Below are positions 25,283 to 38,261 of a DNA stretch of 64,000 nt, one piece after another. The stretch is from Octopus sinensis. Its lineage: Eukaryota. The notes beneath the pieces were generated by a model that had not been told where the DNA came from, searched no databases, and saw nothing but the letters and a program-made list of their open reading frames with translations. The number at the start of each line of letters is the position of its first letter. The first letter of the stretch is position 1. A program made the position numbers and the translations under genes. Location of the stretch: assembly GCF_006345805.1 (NCBI RefSeq), contig NC_043021.1:25048001-25112000 (forward strand), given 5' to 3'.

Positions 25283-26497
25283 AGGGGGTGGGTGCGCTGA
25301 GAGTGTAACTGCTAGAATAAGAATAGCCTGGGCAAAGTTTAGGGAGCTCTTACCTCTGCTGGTGACTAAAGGCCTCTCGCTCAGAGTAAAGGGCAGACTG
25401 TATGATGCATGTGTTCGAACTGCCATGCTACATGGCAGTGAAACATGGGCCGTGACTGTTGAGGACATGCGTAAGCTCATGAGGAATGAAGCCAGTATGC
25501 TCCGATGGATGTGTAATGTCAGTGTACTTACTCGACAGAGTGTTAGTTCCCTAAGAGAATGTTGTACCTAAGAAGCATCAGTTGTTGCGTGCAAGAGAGA
25601 CGATTGCGATGGTATGGTCATGTGGCGAGAATGGATGAAGATAGGTGTGTGAGAAAGTGCCAATCCCTAGCAGTTGAGGGAACCCGTGGAAGAGGTAGAC
25701 CCAGGAAAACCTGGGACGAGGTGGTGAAGCACGACCTTCGAACATTATGTCTCACCATGGAAATGACCAGAGACCGAGACCTATGGAAGTATGCTGTGCG
25801 TGAGAAGACCCGGCAAGACTAGTGAAGCCATAACCCGTGGCCCCTACCTGGGGCGTAGTCAGTCCGCCTGTGCATACCTTCCTGCTTGTGACACTTGTGA
25901 AGACCTGTTGAGGCAAGTCAAATCGAATCAAGTCAAACCAAATCAAAATAGATGAACATCAATGGAATTTGTATTCTTGCGGTACCAGTGCCGGTGGCAC
26001 ATAAGAAAACCATCCGAACGGGACCGTAGCCAGTACCGCATCGACTGGCCTCCGTGCTGTGGGCACGTAACAAACACCGTCCGAGCGTGGCCGTCTGCCA
26101 GCCTCGTCTGGCACCTGTGTTGGTGGCACATAAAAACACCATCCGAGCGTGGCCGTCTGCCAGCCTCGTCTGGCACCTGTGTCGGTGGCACATAAAAACA
26201 CCATCCGAGCGTGGCCGTCTGCCAGCCTCGTCTGGCACCTGTGTCGGTGGCACATAAAAACACCATCCGAGCGTGGCCGTTTGCCAGCCTCGTCTGGCAC
26301 CTGTGTCGGTGGCACATAAAATCACCCACTACACTCTCGGAGTGGTTGGCGTTAGGAAGGGCATCCAGCTGTAGAAACACTGCCAGATCTGACTGGCCTG
26401 GTGCAGCCTTCGGGCTCCCCAGACCCCAGTTGAACCGTCCAACCCATGCTAGCATGGAAAGCAGACGTTAAACGATGATGATGATGATGATGATGAT
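25283..26497 (+). mobile_element. 5'-truncated RTE-clade LINE, paralogue of 22669-23696
   Basis: GLSLRVKGRLYDACVRTAMLHGSETW...QERRLRWYGHVARMDE...GRGRPRKTWDEVVKHDL. (GAT)n tail, with (TA)n on both sides. Confidence 0.92.
26072..26319 (+). repeat. Four tandem 62-bp units in the RTE 3' UTR
   Basis: The unit aaacaccatccgagcgtggccgtctgccagcctcgtctggcacctgtgtcggtggcacataa is repeated 4 times with few substitutions. Confidence 0.95.
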
Positions 26498-26532
26498 ATA
26501 TATATATATATATATACTGTGAAGAAGTATAT

Positions 26533-26923
26533 ACTCTTTACTCTCTCTTTTACTTGTTTCAGTCATTTGACTGCGGCCATGCTGGAGCACCGCCTTCAGT
26601 CGAGCAAATCGACCCTGGGACTTATTCTTTCTAAGCCCAGTACTTATTCTATCGTTCTCTTTTGCCGAACCGCTAAGTGACGGGGACATAAACACACCAG
26701 CATCGGTTGTCAAGCAATGCTAGGGGGACAAACACAGACACACAAACACACACACATACATATATATATACGACAGGCTTCTTTCAGTTTCCGTCTACCA
26801 AATCCACTCACAAGGCATTGGTCAGCCTGGGGCTATAGCAGAAGACACTTGCCCAAGGTGCCACACAGTGGGACTGAACCCGGAACCATGTGGTTGGTTA
26901 GCAAGCTACTTACCACACAGCCA
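26533..26923 (-). mobile_element. tRNA-headed SINE, family A
   Basis: Full-length match to the other family A copies. Confidence 0.88.
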
Positions 26924-28324
26924 TGATAGAAATGTTTAGTTTTTCATGAAAACAACCACATGAGACTCTAATCAACACTTTCCACTTTTTTTCTGATATT
27001 TGTCAGCCACAACATGGACCCTTTGTTTCTTTAAACAAAAAAAAAAACCTTCCAAATAAATAGTGAAATAATTTAGATGAAGTCACCATTTGTGAAATAA
27101 TATTTTAACATTTGTAAGATCAAAATAAAATCTCAAATAACTTTTTAAATATTTTTAAGATCAAAAGTTATAAAATAGTGAAATAATTTTAAAGAAATAT
27201 ATTTTATACTGCATGATATTGGTGCACAAAAGTTGAAAAGATGTGATTGCTCAATTGGCTAGAAATAGCAACTAAAGTCTCCTTGAACAAACAGTAAAGG
27301 TTAAGTGACTACTGCCCCTCCCCACCCCTAGATTTATATGAAACACAGAAACTAATAAATTAATAACAGAGGAGTGTAAAGCATTTCTTTCATCTTCATA
27401 AATGACTGATATGAATAATATTTGGGAGGAGTCATAATTGATAAGCCTTATAAACTCACTCACCGCTTGTTGCTTGTTTATATTTCACTTCTTTTGTTTT
27501 TACCATGGCACTGATCTTTTCTTCCATGGATAGCCATTGGGAATATTACAGATTGGTTTAATGAAAAATATTTAGAGGACATAAACAAACACAAACTGAC
27601 ACGGGGTAAAAAAAAAGTGAAATATAGACAAACAATAAGTGGTATGTTTAGAGGCTTTAATAATTATGACTCTTCTCAAGTACAACAAGATTGATTTCAA
27701 CACAGAATTTCAGATGAAAATTCTTGCAAAACAAATTCGAAATATTAATATTTCTCCAGCAGAAAGATTGAAACAAATGATTACAATATTCTTTTCTACT
27801 CTAGGCACAAGGCCTGAAATTTTGGGGGAGTTGGGGGGGAGTCATTAGATCGACCATGCATGCAACTGGTACCTAATTTATCAACCCTGAAAGGATACAT
27901 CAGCCTCAGTGGAATTTGAACTCAGAACATAAAGACAGACGAAATACTGTTAAGCATTTTACCTGGCATGCTAATGTTTCTGCCAGCTTGCTACCTGAAA
28001 TGATGACAATATTGTAATTTATATAAAACTGAGAATGTGTGTGTGTGTGTATGTCTGTCTGTATGTGCACATCACTAAAACTTGAGAGCTACCCAACCGT
28101 TTTCATACAAATTTTACACATGCCTTACTTAGGGTCAAAATTTTACACATGCCTTACATGGGCCAAAATAAATTTCAACTTCTTGCCTAATGCAAACCTA
28201 GAGCAATCTCTTATCTCTTCCACTGTTTCAGTATTACGTGTCAAAAGTGAAACAATAACATCTCTATTGTAATGTGAGATACTTTCAGTTTAATACTGAA
28301 ACTATTATCTCACATTTATACATG

Positions 28325-28357
<33 letters not shown>

Positions 28358-28469
28358 TCTGCTGTTTACACTTGGACTTGGAAGGAAAGTATGTAGCGTG
28401 TGGTCATTGCATTGACAGTGACAGAGAAAGTTTAGCAGAGAATCGGCATCAAACTGTGCCAAAAGCTTG

Positions 28470-29073
28470 ATGATACCTGCTCAGAAGGCCTACACAAGGT
28501 TTTCAAATAATTTTCATCCTTCTCAACACAATGGAGGAAATCTTGTGCAACTGAAACCCCGGGTGTCTTTTTTGGTCAGCTGAAAGTAGTTTTGGCACAA
28601 ACTTGGCAGACACATGTCTCATACCCAAATCTTCAGTGATAATGGACTGAACTGAACCGTAACTAATCTGCACACACATCTGCGACGTTTTTCTCAGTTT
28701 TGCTGGTTGTGAGTCTCCCAGAACATTCGTCAATATTGACATTTTTTCAGCCATCTTGGAAACATCTGAACCACTCGTACACTTGTGTGTGGCTCATGCA
28801 TTCCTCTCCATACACTTTCTGCAACTTTGTGTCGGCCCCAGACCAGGTATCACAACGACCCCCACTTTCTCTGTCATAATCATTGTGATGCTCACATGGT
28901 TACACACCTTCCTTCCAAGCACTGCTGTAAACGGCAGAAAGGAGCTAGAATGTTAAACTTAGTGCACATGCACAGCAGAGTTTAAGGTCAATCTGTGCCA
29001 AGTGGCTTCACTCTGCATGCTTTAGCTTCGTTACTATGGCAACAGTCCAGATACTTATTGATCAGACTTCATA
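28470..29073 (-). mobile_element. mariner-family transposon remnant (5' part)
   Basis: KLQKVYGEECMSHTQVYEWF and LGMRHVSAKFVPKLLS (WVPHEL-like linker), with stops and frameshifts. TIR-like end next to TA at about 29073. Confidence 0.82.
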
Positions 29074-29659
29074 TATATATATTTCTTACAGTAGAAGAAA
29101 TAGCAAAATTTTTGGCTGCTATTTCTAAAAGTTCGGTATGTGGTAAAGCAAATTTTTTTTGCTGAACCCTAATTATATAAAGTAATATATATATATATAT
29201 ATATATAAAGTAATATATATAATATATATATATATATATATAAGCCTAGTACTTATTCTATTGGTCCCTTTTGCTGAAGTGCTTAGTTATTGGGATGTAA
29301 ACACACAAACACCTGTTTGTGGGTGGGGGAGGCAAATGCAGACACAAATATGCACCAGCTTCCCTATTGTCATTATTATTTTAATCTATCCTAGAGACGT
29401 GAATCAAATGAATCATTTGTATGTTGTAAACGACAGGCCATGCATGAATTCTTTTCTGGTTCATTACCTTTTGAGTTCAAATCTGGCCAGGGTCAATTTT
29501 GCCTTTCGACCCTCCAAGTACTGGCTTTGTTGGTATCAACTGAAGCTTTCTCCTCAAAACTCCTGGCTTTGTACCAAAATTAGAAACCCTTATATTTAAC
29601 TATCTTTTAAGTATTCGGCAAGATCTTCCATTTGCATTATAGGCGCCTGGGAAAGGCAG

Positions 29660-29870
29660 CAAGCTGGCAGAACCGTTAGCACGCTAGACAAAATGCTTAG
29701 CAGCATTTCGCCCGTTACTACATTCTGAGTTCAAATTCCGCTGAGGTCAACTATGCCTTTCATCCTTTCGGGGTCAATAAAATAAGTACCAGTGATAACA
29801 CTGGGGTTGATATAATCGACTAGTCCCCCACCCCACAAATTTTCAGGCCTTGTGCCTCCAGTAGAAAGGA
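29660..29870 (+). mobile_element. SINE-like repeat, family C
   Basis: Similar to 11985-12188. Confidence 0.8.
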
Positions 29871-30347
29871 TTATATGTGTTTGGGATATACGGGTGCAAG
29901 AATAATGACAAAAATAACAACACAGGAGTCAAAGTGAGAGTAAAGTGTAATTATTAATTTGATGCTGAGCGAAAGTAGAAGTTTGATGTTTCAAGGTTAA
30001 AGCATTTTTCAAAAATACAGAAGAAAATGTTGAATGAAGAAAATGGGAGAAGTGGGAATGAGTGGAGGTAGAATGAGCAGAAGGGACGGGGACAGAAAGA
30101 AAGAAAGGTTTCAAAGGCACAAAAGCAACAGGGGGGGGGGGAACTGTGTATATATAGGCATATGTATGTTCATGCACTATAAAGTGTATATGAGCATGTG
30201 TGTTTCTATCAGTGTTGGTGTATATATTGTGAATCTAGCATGTAGGGTCCAATACCTATTGATGTTTTGTTATGGTGTGTGTGTGTGTGTGTGTGCTAGT
30301 TGGTGTGAAGGGGTTAAGGTAGTGGTGGTTGTTTATCTATGTGTGTA

Positions 30348-30743
30348 TACTCTTTTACTCTTTTACTTGTTTCAGTCATTTGACTGCGGCCATGCTGGAG
30401 CACCACCTTTAGTCGAGCAAATCGACTTATTCTTTGTAAGCCCAGTACTTATTCTATCGGTCTCTTTTTGCCGAACCGCTAAGTGACGGGGACGTAAACA
30501 CACCAGCATCGGTTGTCAAGCGACGGTGGGGGGACAAACACACACACAAACATATACACACACACATATATATATATACATATATACGACAGGCTTCTTT
30601 CAGTTTCAGTCTACCAAATCCACTCACAAGGCATTGGTCGGCCCGAGGCTATAGTAGAAGACACTTGCCCAAGATGCCATGCAGTGGGACTGAACCCGGA
30701 ACCATGTGGTTGGTAAGCAAGCTACTTACCACACAGCCACTCC
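30348..30743 (-). mobile_element. tRNA-headed SINE, family A
   Basis: Full-length match to the other family A copies. Confidence 0.88.
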
Positions 30744-31229
30744 TGCGCCTATTTGTTCTTTGCGCTTGTTGCTGTGCCATTGTCTATGTTACAAAGGTTT
30801 AATCTGTATGTGTGTACCATTTAAGGGTGTGTGTCTGGGTAAATATACACGAGAGAATGATACACTCACTTATAACTACAATGTTTGCAGTCTCTGGCCA
30901 GTTTTAGACATTTAGAAATTCACTTGTTGAGGTTTTGTGTGGTTGTTCATTTCTAGTCTATGGTTTGAGCTTAACCTCTTGTCTGTTGATTGGAAAGTTT
31001 GCTTTCTGTCTTGTTGAGAGCTTGTCACCTTATGATTCACTGGAAGGGAGCAAGTGGAAGACCCTTACCTAAAGTTTTTCATGGGATTTTTTGATAGAGA
31101 CACACTTCTGAGTCCCTTTTATTTTTTTATTTTAAGCAGATTCTATGGCAAAATTTGCTAATCCCATTTTATGTTGTTTGCTTACTTTGTCTGCTTAACT
31201 CATTCAGGTTGTTTACTTGTTTGAGGAGA

Positions 31230-31351
<122 letters not shown>

Positions 31352-31589
31352 GAGCATGTGTGTGTGTGAGTGCTTGTGTTCTTCAGTAAAGTATTTTATT
31401 GAGAAATTTGTTTTTTTGGTGAAGAATATTTTGTATTCCTTGGATGCTGATGATAGAATTCATAATTAAGAGGTTTTTGTTTTTTGTTTTTGTAGATGGT
31501 TTTGTTGATGTATTTTTATTTTTATTTTTGTGTGAGTATAGGTATGTTAGAATTTTCATTTGGTTGAGATTAAAAGACTTCAAGACTTT

Positions 31590-31738
31590 ACAAACACAAA
31601 CACATGTTCAGAGATGTACCCAGATATACATGAAGAAAATCACCTCTCTGTGAATACACCAAATTCCTTGAAATTCACAGAGAGGTGATTTTCTTCATGT
31701 ATATCTGGGTACATCTCTGAACATGTGTTTGTGTTTGT
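31590..31738. repeat. Perfect 66-bp inverted repeat with 17-nt loop
   Basis: 31590-31655 is the exact reverse complement of 31673-31738. Confidence 0.97.
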
Positions 31739-31759
31739 GCTTGTATCCTTTTACTTAAA

Positions 31760-32530
31760 GCATATAATTTGTGTGTATGTTTATGGAAATGTGTGTGGTA
31801 TATAGTATGTTTCATTTGGATGGACCGTGGTTTGACACTTGTGTATGTCAAGGACTTTTCTGTGGTGTTTTGTATAATTATGTTATTTCTGTATACAATA
31901 AAGGCATTTTCTGGAATCATTTATATAAAATGGTTCATAGTTTTTATGTTTATTCTGTTTTCTTTTAACTTCCAGATATATTTAGAGAGAGACGTTGTAT
32001 TTCTCTTTATGTTCTGGAATGTATGTATTATATATATCTGTCTTTAAAGTACCTGTTGGCTGTGCCTGTGTAGATTTTTTTTCACTTCCTTTCTTTTCTT
32101 GAAATATTGTTTCTTTGTAGATTATTTTAAAGCATCTCTGTAATGTCTGGTCCTTGGTATGTTATTGCTTAATCACTGTATGGCATGCTTTTTATATCTG
32201 TACAGCTGTAGCCAACTTCTGTATTGTTTTTATGGAATAGTTTGTGGTATTTATGTTCAGTTGGGAAGTGTTTGCTGGTTAGTGTGGGTTAGTGTACCAC
32301 ATTTGTTATGTCATTGAACCAATTGATGTTTCTTTTTCTGTACTTTGCTTATTTTTCATTTTGGGTGCTTGGGTTTTTTTGGCTTGTGTTATATTTTGGT
32401 TTCAAATTCACTGGAAGTTAGAGCTTTGATTTAGATTGGTGCTATTTCATTGCTTATTTCTTTGTTGGATGAAATATTGAAGATTTTCTGGCTTATGTTG
32501 TAAACTAAGTTTTTGGTTACCAGTGATATG
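31760..32530 (-). mobile_element. Degenerate Penelope-like retroelement (RT thumb to GIY-YIG region)
   Basis: Collinear minus-strand remnants RNINWFN, KHFPTEHKYHKLFHKNNTEVGYSC and TTSLSKYIWKLKEN resemble the PLE motifs IIWFNPP, KHFP..H.LHKIFNRN.VKVSYSC and LSKYIW.LK (by eye). Confidence 0.7.
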
Positions 32531-34404
32531 AGTTTACAATATATATATTTATATTTATATAAACGGCATTTTGTTGATTTTTCTGTCCCAGAAGAATTTT
32601 CTATTGTTTAAAATTTTCTACGTGTTAAAGTTGAACACTTAAAGGCATTTATTAGCATTTTCCTAAATTTATCTCCATCCATACTTTAGGAAATGGCTAC
32701 ATCGTCACCCTTAAATGGATCTATGCTGGATTTCTTGGATACTTTCATTCAAAGATTTGCAGCCCTACTGTTTCGCATGTCTCAGCACTGTTATAGATCC
32801 CATACTGATCCCAAAGAATTCATCATCTTCTGTTTTTGCATTCAAAATGAGTTGTCACTGGATGCAAAGAACTTATTTACGTGCATAATTATCTTTATTG
32901 CTTGCTGATTGTAATGAATTTCTTTGACACCAAGAATAACAACCAATAGGTACCAAAAAAAACCCAATCAACTGACACATAGCAATCAACAACCACACTA
33001 ATTGTAACAGCTCTTAACTGAAGATCACAATCACATGAAACTCAAATTACGAAATATGTATGTATGTATGTGTGTGTGTGTATGTCTGTATGTATGTACG
33101 TTGTGTACATATGTATGTATATGACGAGCATTCATGTTCATTATATATAATGTCCATCTTTCCATGCTGGTATGAATTGGATGGGGCCATTTTACATGCT
33201 CTTCCTGCTACCAATCCATACCTGTTTTCATTTCATTGGTTTTTGAAAGTCCCGAATGACTGACCCAAATGCCAACAAACAATGTAAGCATCTTGTCATC
33301 CTTCCAATCAGACTGCGACAAAGACCAGCTGTGAATAGCAACATTTATGGACATATAAGCACATCTACACACACACATATTTGTGTATATATGTGCATAT
33401 ATATACACAGCAAGTTTCCAATCAAGTTCAGTCCATCAATTCCACTCACAGGGCATTGATTAGCCTGAAACTTTAGTAGAAAACACCTTCACCATGTGCT
33501 GTGGGGTAGAAATGAACCTGAAGCCACATACTTCTGAAGCAAATTTCTTAACCACAGAGTCATGCTCGTGTCTAGACATGCATTAATCTGCATGGATACA
33601 CACACACACGCACACACACACCCACATGCACACACACACACACGTATATAATACAAAAAAATCATATATGTAAGCATGTATAGATAATCAACACATACTT
33701 TTCAGTTCACAATCTCAGTTCATCTAAAAATAATATATTTCTCATTCAAAAAGTGATCATTAAGAAATTCATAATTAATTAAATTAATTAGAACAATGAC
33801 AACACTATGTGAATGAAACAAAACGCATTTGTATAATTACATTTAATATACATATGAATGCATGTGTATATATAATATGAATGTATATATGAATATATAA
33901 GATGAATGTATGTAAAATAATGAATGTATGATTATATGCATATATGTATATATGATGATGATATAATATGAATGCATGTATATGTATATATATATATATA
34001 TTATATATATATATATATACATGTAAATAAGCGAGAGAGCTGTTCCATTAGATGTATTTGAAACAGGACTATGTACTAATGCTACTATTTTTTTTATTTG
34101 ACATTTTTCAAATAACTAATGATGTAAAATCTAAAAATGATCAAATTTCAAATACCAATGATAATATATACAAACAAATTGAGATGATCAAGTGTGTGGA
34201 AATTACATTTGCCTATCATAGAAGAAGTCAGTGACAGACATTAATAAGATTCCACGTCCTGATGATGTGTGTGTGGAAGTCTAGAAATGAAGCTGGAAGG
34301 GACTCATATGAAAATAGGAAAAAATCCAAATAAAAAAGTCATAAATGGGACATTGTCATGTATTCTATACACACACACACACATATACATCTTTATAAAT
34401 TAGT

Positions 34405-34405
34405 G

Positions 34406-34481
<76 letters not shown>
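34405..34481. repeat. (TCTA)n tetranucleotide microsatellite followed by (GT)n
   Basis: Seen directly. Confidence 0.95.
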
Positions 34482-34482
<1 letters not shown>

Positions 34483-35245
34483 TGTGTGTGTGTGTGTGTG
34501 TGTGTGTGAATGAGTGTGTGTGTGAATGAGTGTGCATATATGTGTGTTATTGGAAAGTGGATTTCAGTTCAGAGTGCAATGGTTTGGAGTAAATATCCAC
34601 ACACATCCTGTCTGCCTGCCTGCCTGTCTGCTGCTCTAACAACTCTTAAATACAATCCCAGTGCGAGTCCCTGCAGCTGTTGCATTGTGGGTTTTTCTGC
34701 TGAACCAAAGCTGGGAATACCAAGAGAGTGTTTATGTCTGCTCATGACTCTGTAAGCAAAAGCATGGTACATGCCACCCACCCACCCACCCATACTTGCC
34801 AGCTGAAGTGTTTTTGCAAAATAACATACAGAAAGAAACAGCCCTGTGTACAATAATAGACATTACAGACACCAGTTTGTGGCAGAACCTAATTTGAAAA
34901 GAGGAAGCAATGGGCGCTCTTTTGTATAACACAGTTGCTCAGCAAGCGACAGATACAGAGTTCAATTTCTGCTAGATCCCATCTTGCTTTGCCTGCCTCT
35001 AACTAATATCTATAATGTTTCATATCTTTACATGAAAATCTTACCAGTTAGTTAACTCAGTCTCATTTTTGTTTGATATATATATATATATATACTTTTT
35101 TTATTTGAGAGTTAACAAGGCTACCAATGGTTTCATGTGAAGGGATCTTCACAATTTTTCAAGTGTGCCACATGGAAGTGTTGGTACTCATCTCCAGTTT
35201 GAACAATGGTGTTTAGCACTCATTCTCAGTGTTCGATATTAATGT

Positions 35246-35280
<35 letters not shown>

Positions 35281-35708
35281 CACAAATATGCATACATATA
35301 TGATTTGGAAATTCCTTGTGGTCAAACAAGACACCCACCTGCTGGCAGATGTCTGTACCTGATGAGTTTCACATGGACTAAGTTGTACACCAGCCATTGT
35401 ATACATTCCATAATTTGAAGTACAGACCCAATGACATGATAATCAGAGAACTTTGGTAGATTCCACTCTTTTTCTTATCTGGAATATTCCAAAATGATTT
35501 GGTACTCCCCGATAGCTTTGCAAACTGAAGCAATGTAGAAATGAAGGGTTTTGCTTAAAAACAGATTTGAAATCACAGTCCATGAGCAGCTATTCCAATA
35601 TCTTAACCACTTGACTGCCTCACATCAACACACACAATTTACACACCCACACATTATTACATACATATACACACACATATGCCGATAAGACATGTAAAAG
35701 CACAGAGC

Positions 35709-36046
35709 TTAACAAAATTCTGTCCAGATTTCGTTGTATTTGTAATCCACTTCTGGGCAAGGTGTGATTTGTCCTCCATTAAGTCTGCACTCAGAGAAAA
35801 ATCGCAAAAGGAGAAGGGTAGAGTTTTCAAATGATATGATTGGTTGCAGGAATGAAGTGATGTCAAACAAGAGGTAAAACTGTGTGAGGCGTATAATCCA
35901 TGTCCTGTCTTCGTTTACAGACAGAGATATCCACATGTTTGTGGCATTCAAGTTCACAGATATATTCGTAGCAACATATGCTAGATGGAGGACAGAGCTC
36001 TTGGCTGGAAGCTGCATTGACGTGTTGAAGCTGGATGGTGTATTTT
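35709..36046 (-). CDS. Third (terminal in this model) coding exon of the secreted protein (ENTPSSFNTS...FDITSFLQP...EIWTEFC*)
   Basis: ctttttatag acceptor at 36047, with phase 1 matching exon 2. 111 open codons of unique sequence to TAA at 35711-35709. A weak alternative donor T|GTTAAG precedes the stop. Confidence 0.62.
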
Positions 36047-36260
36047 CTATAAAAAAGATATTCAAAAATAAATAAAGTGCCAAAAAATGTAAATAAATAA
36101 AACAATATCTTTGTAGTATGTGGAAGTGAAGCAATTCACGTGCACAGAGGTTAGCAGAGGGTACAAAAGTCTGATACTAATAACTAATAAATAATAATGA
36201 GTAAATGATTAACAAATAGAATGTTTAGTAATTAAAAAAATTGGCTGACATATATACATA

Positions 36261-37534
36261 GCAAGTTGAGTCAAAGATTTTCAGATTTTCACTGATGGCT
36301 TTTGGCCAGTTGCATGCTTCAAGTTGTATCATTAATGTGTCATCTCTTGTGAAAGGTAGAAGAGTCCAGTTTGCTGGACATTGTTGTAGAGCTGAAAAAG
36401 AAGTAATTTCTACTCTTCTCCTCTGGAAGCCATCTACTCACAATACCAGAGGGCGCACACTCTCCTACCCTGATGTAATCTCCAGGGATACAGGCATCCA
36501 GCAACAGGACCTCCGTAATGCCATGATGGACCGTGAAGTCTGGCGTAGCATGGTAAATTCCATTGTCTCGACTACGGTCAAACAATGATGAATGATGATG
36601 TATCATTAATTCAGTACAACTTGTTCAATTATTCTTTATTTTCAACAATAACATATAAACATTAACTGATCATTCTATATTTTACAGCTTTGATAATGGG
36701 ATCTTCTGTTGTGGAAGATGAGGCCTTGCTTGAAATGGTTGAACAACAGCCAAGTACATACATTGTTAGCAGAAGTTGATCCGTCTGAGCAGCATCAATC
36801 AGCGCTTCCATAAGCTTGGCCTTGTGAACTGACACTGCGAAAGAGCTTCTCATGAACTGACCAACGACAAAGCTCAACGTTGTGTGAAGATTTGCAAGTA
36901 AATGCTGGCAAATCCTTGAGGTGCCCATTTTTGACTTCAAATTCTAATTGGGGATGAAAAATCAGTGGCTTCATTCTGGCCAGGTTTCAGACCCTGTTGT
37001 CAAACAAGGGCAGTTTGAATAGAAGGTCATGCTGGGAATGCTAACCTTTATGTTCAACAGCTGCAGTGAGTATGCGATGCTTTAAAGCCCATTACCTAAC
37101 ATTGGTCAATCGAAGACACACACTCCTACAGCATGACAATGCCCCAACACATATGACCAATGTGACCAAGTGCAAACTGGAGGAACTCTAGGGGCTGCTT
37201 CACCCAGCCAACAGTCCATACCTTGAACCATCAGATTATCACCTTTCCTGAGGCATGGCTCTTTTCCTGCACAGACAAATATGGATGATGTTGAAAACAG
37301 GTGCAGAGAGTATTTTGTCTGTAAGCCATGGAAATGGTATAAACATGGAGTTGAATTTCTGGCACAACAATGGCTACAAACAACAGAATACATTTTTGTT
37401 CCAGCACACGATCTCAGATCAAATCACTTGCTATGCGAGTACATCTCCATTGAGATATATTTTGATGAATAAACACTTTTGGTATGTTTGACCTCTTAAA
37501 GCTTGAAATACAAAAAATGTTTGACTCAACCTGG
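36261..37534 (+). mobile_element. mariner-family remnant with both TIRs and TA flanks
   Basis: ILIGDEK, HDNAPTH and SPYLEPSDYHL motifs. TIR caagttgagtcaaa (36262) / tttgactcaacctg (37533). TA at 36259-36260 and 37535-37536. Confidence 0.82.
36295..36600 (+). mobile_element. RTE-type LINE 3' fragment nested in the mariner remnant
   Basis: KGRRVQFAGHCCRAE...RGRTLSYPDVISRDTG...AMMDREVWR...* followed by a (TGA)n-like tail. Confidence 0.75.
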
Positions 37535-37896
37535 TACACATGACTCTAGCAAAATATCAAAATTACTTTTCTTTGAATTAAACATCATGTCACACCTCAA
37601 TCCATTTTAATATCATTCACACAATCTCAGTATTCTGCTAATAAATTATAAGAAAATCTGTTTCCCTCCTTTACACTCCATTCTGTACAAATGACTTGTT
37701 GCAGGCAAAGATGTGTGGTTAAGAAATCTGCTTCCCAACCACTTGATTTTAGGTTCAGTCCCACTGTACAGCCCAAGGTCAACCAAAGCCTTGTGTCCTT
37801 GTCTGTAGATTTGGTGGACAGAAGTTGGAAGCCTATAATTTATCCATTCCTCCATCTATTTATCTGTCTGTTTGTCTGTCTGTCTGTCTGTTTGTT

Positions 37897-37960
<64 letters not shown>

Positions 37961-38058
37961 CACACACACATATATATATATATATATTTATATAGATATA
38001 TCAATACACACACACACACAAACACACACATACACACACACACACACAAACACACACA

Positions 38059-38102
<44 letters not shown>

Positions 38103-38261
38103 TATACATATAATATTTTAAATTTGTCTATGGGAAACGTTTTGAATATGCCACCAAAGTGCCAATTCCATTGTGTCAGCCACCATCTAATGAAGCTGAC
38201 TGGGGAGTCAGTTTTTCAGGGTTGCATCAAACTGTGCTGATATAAACTAAAATAATAAATG

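Noticed and set aside
26072-26319. Regular repeat array as a CRISPR
   Set aside because: The units are contiguous with no unique spacers, there are no cas genes, and the array lies in a LINE 3' UTR of a eukaryote.
34569-34932. Minus-strand candidate exons (VLPQTGVCNVYYCTQGC; VMSRHKHSLG...)
   Set aside because: Acceptor-like sites exist, but the phases do not join cleanly to exon 3 and the Cys spacing does not fit a cystine knot. Left unresolved.
35354-35389. Hammerhead-like motif UGUAC-CUGAUGA-G...GGAC-UAAGUU-GUACA
   Set aside because: The essential GAAA is replaced by UAAG, stem II is weak and stem III is absent, so it is likely chance.
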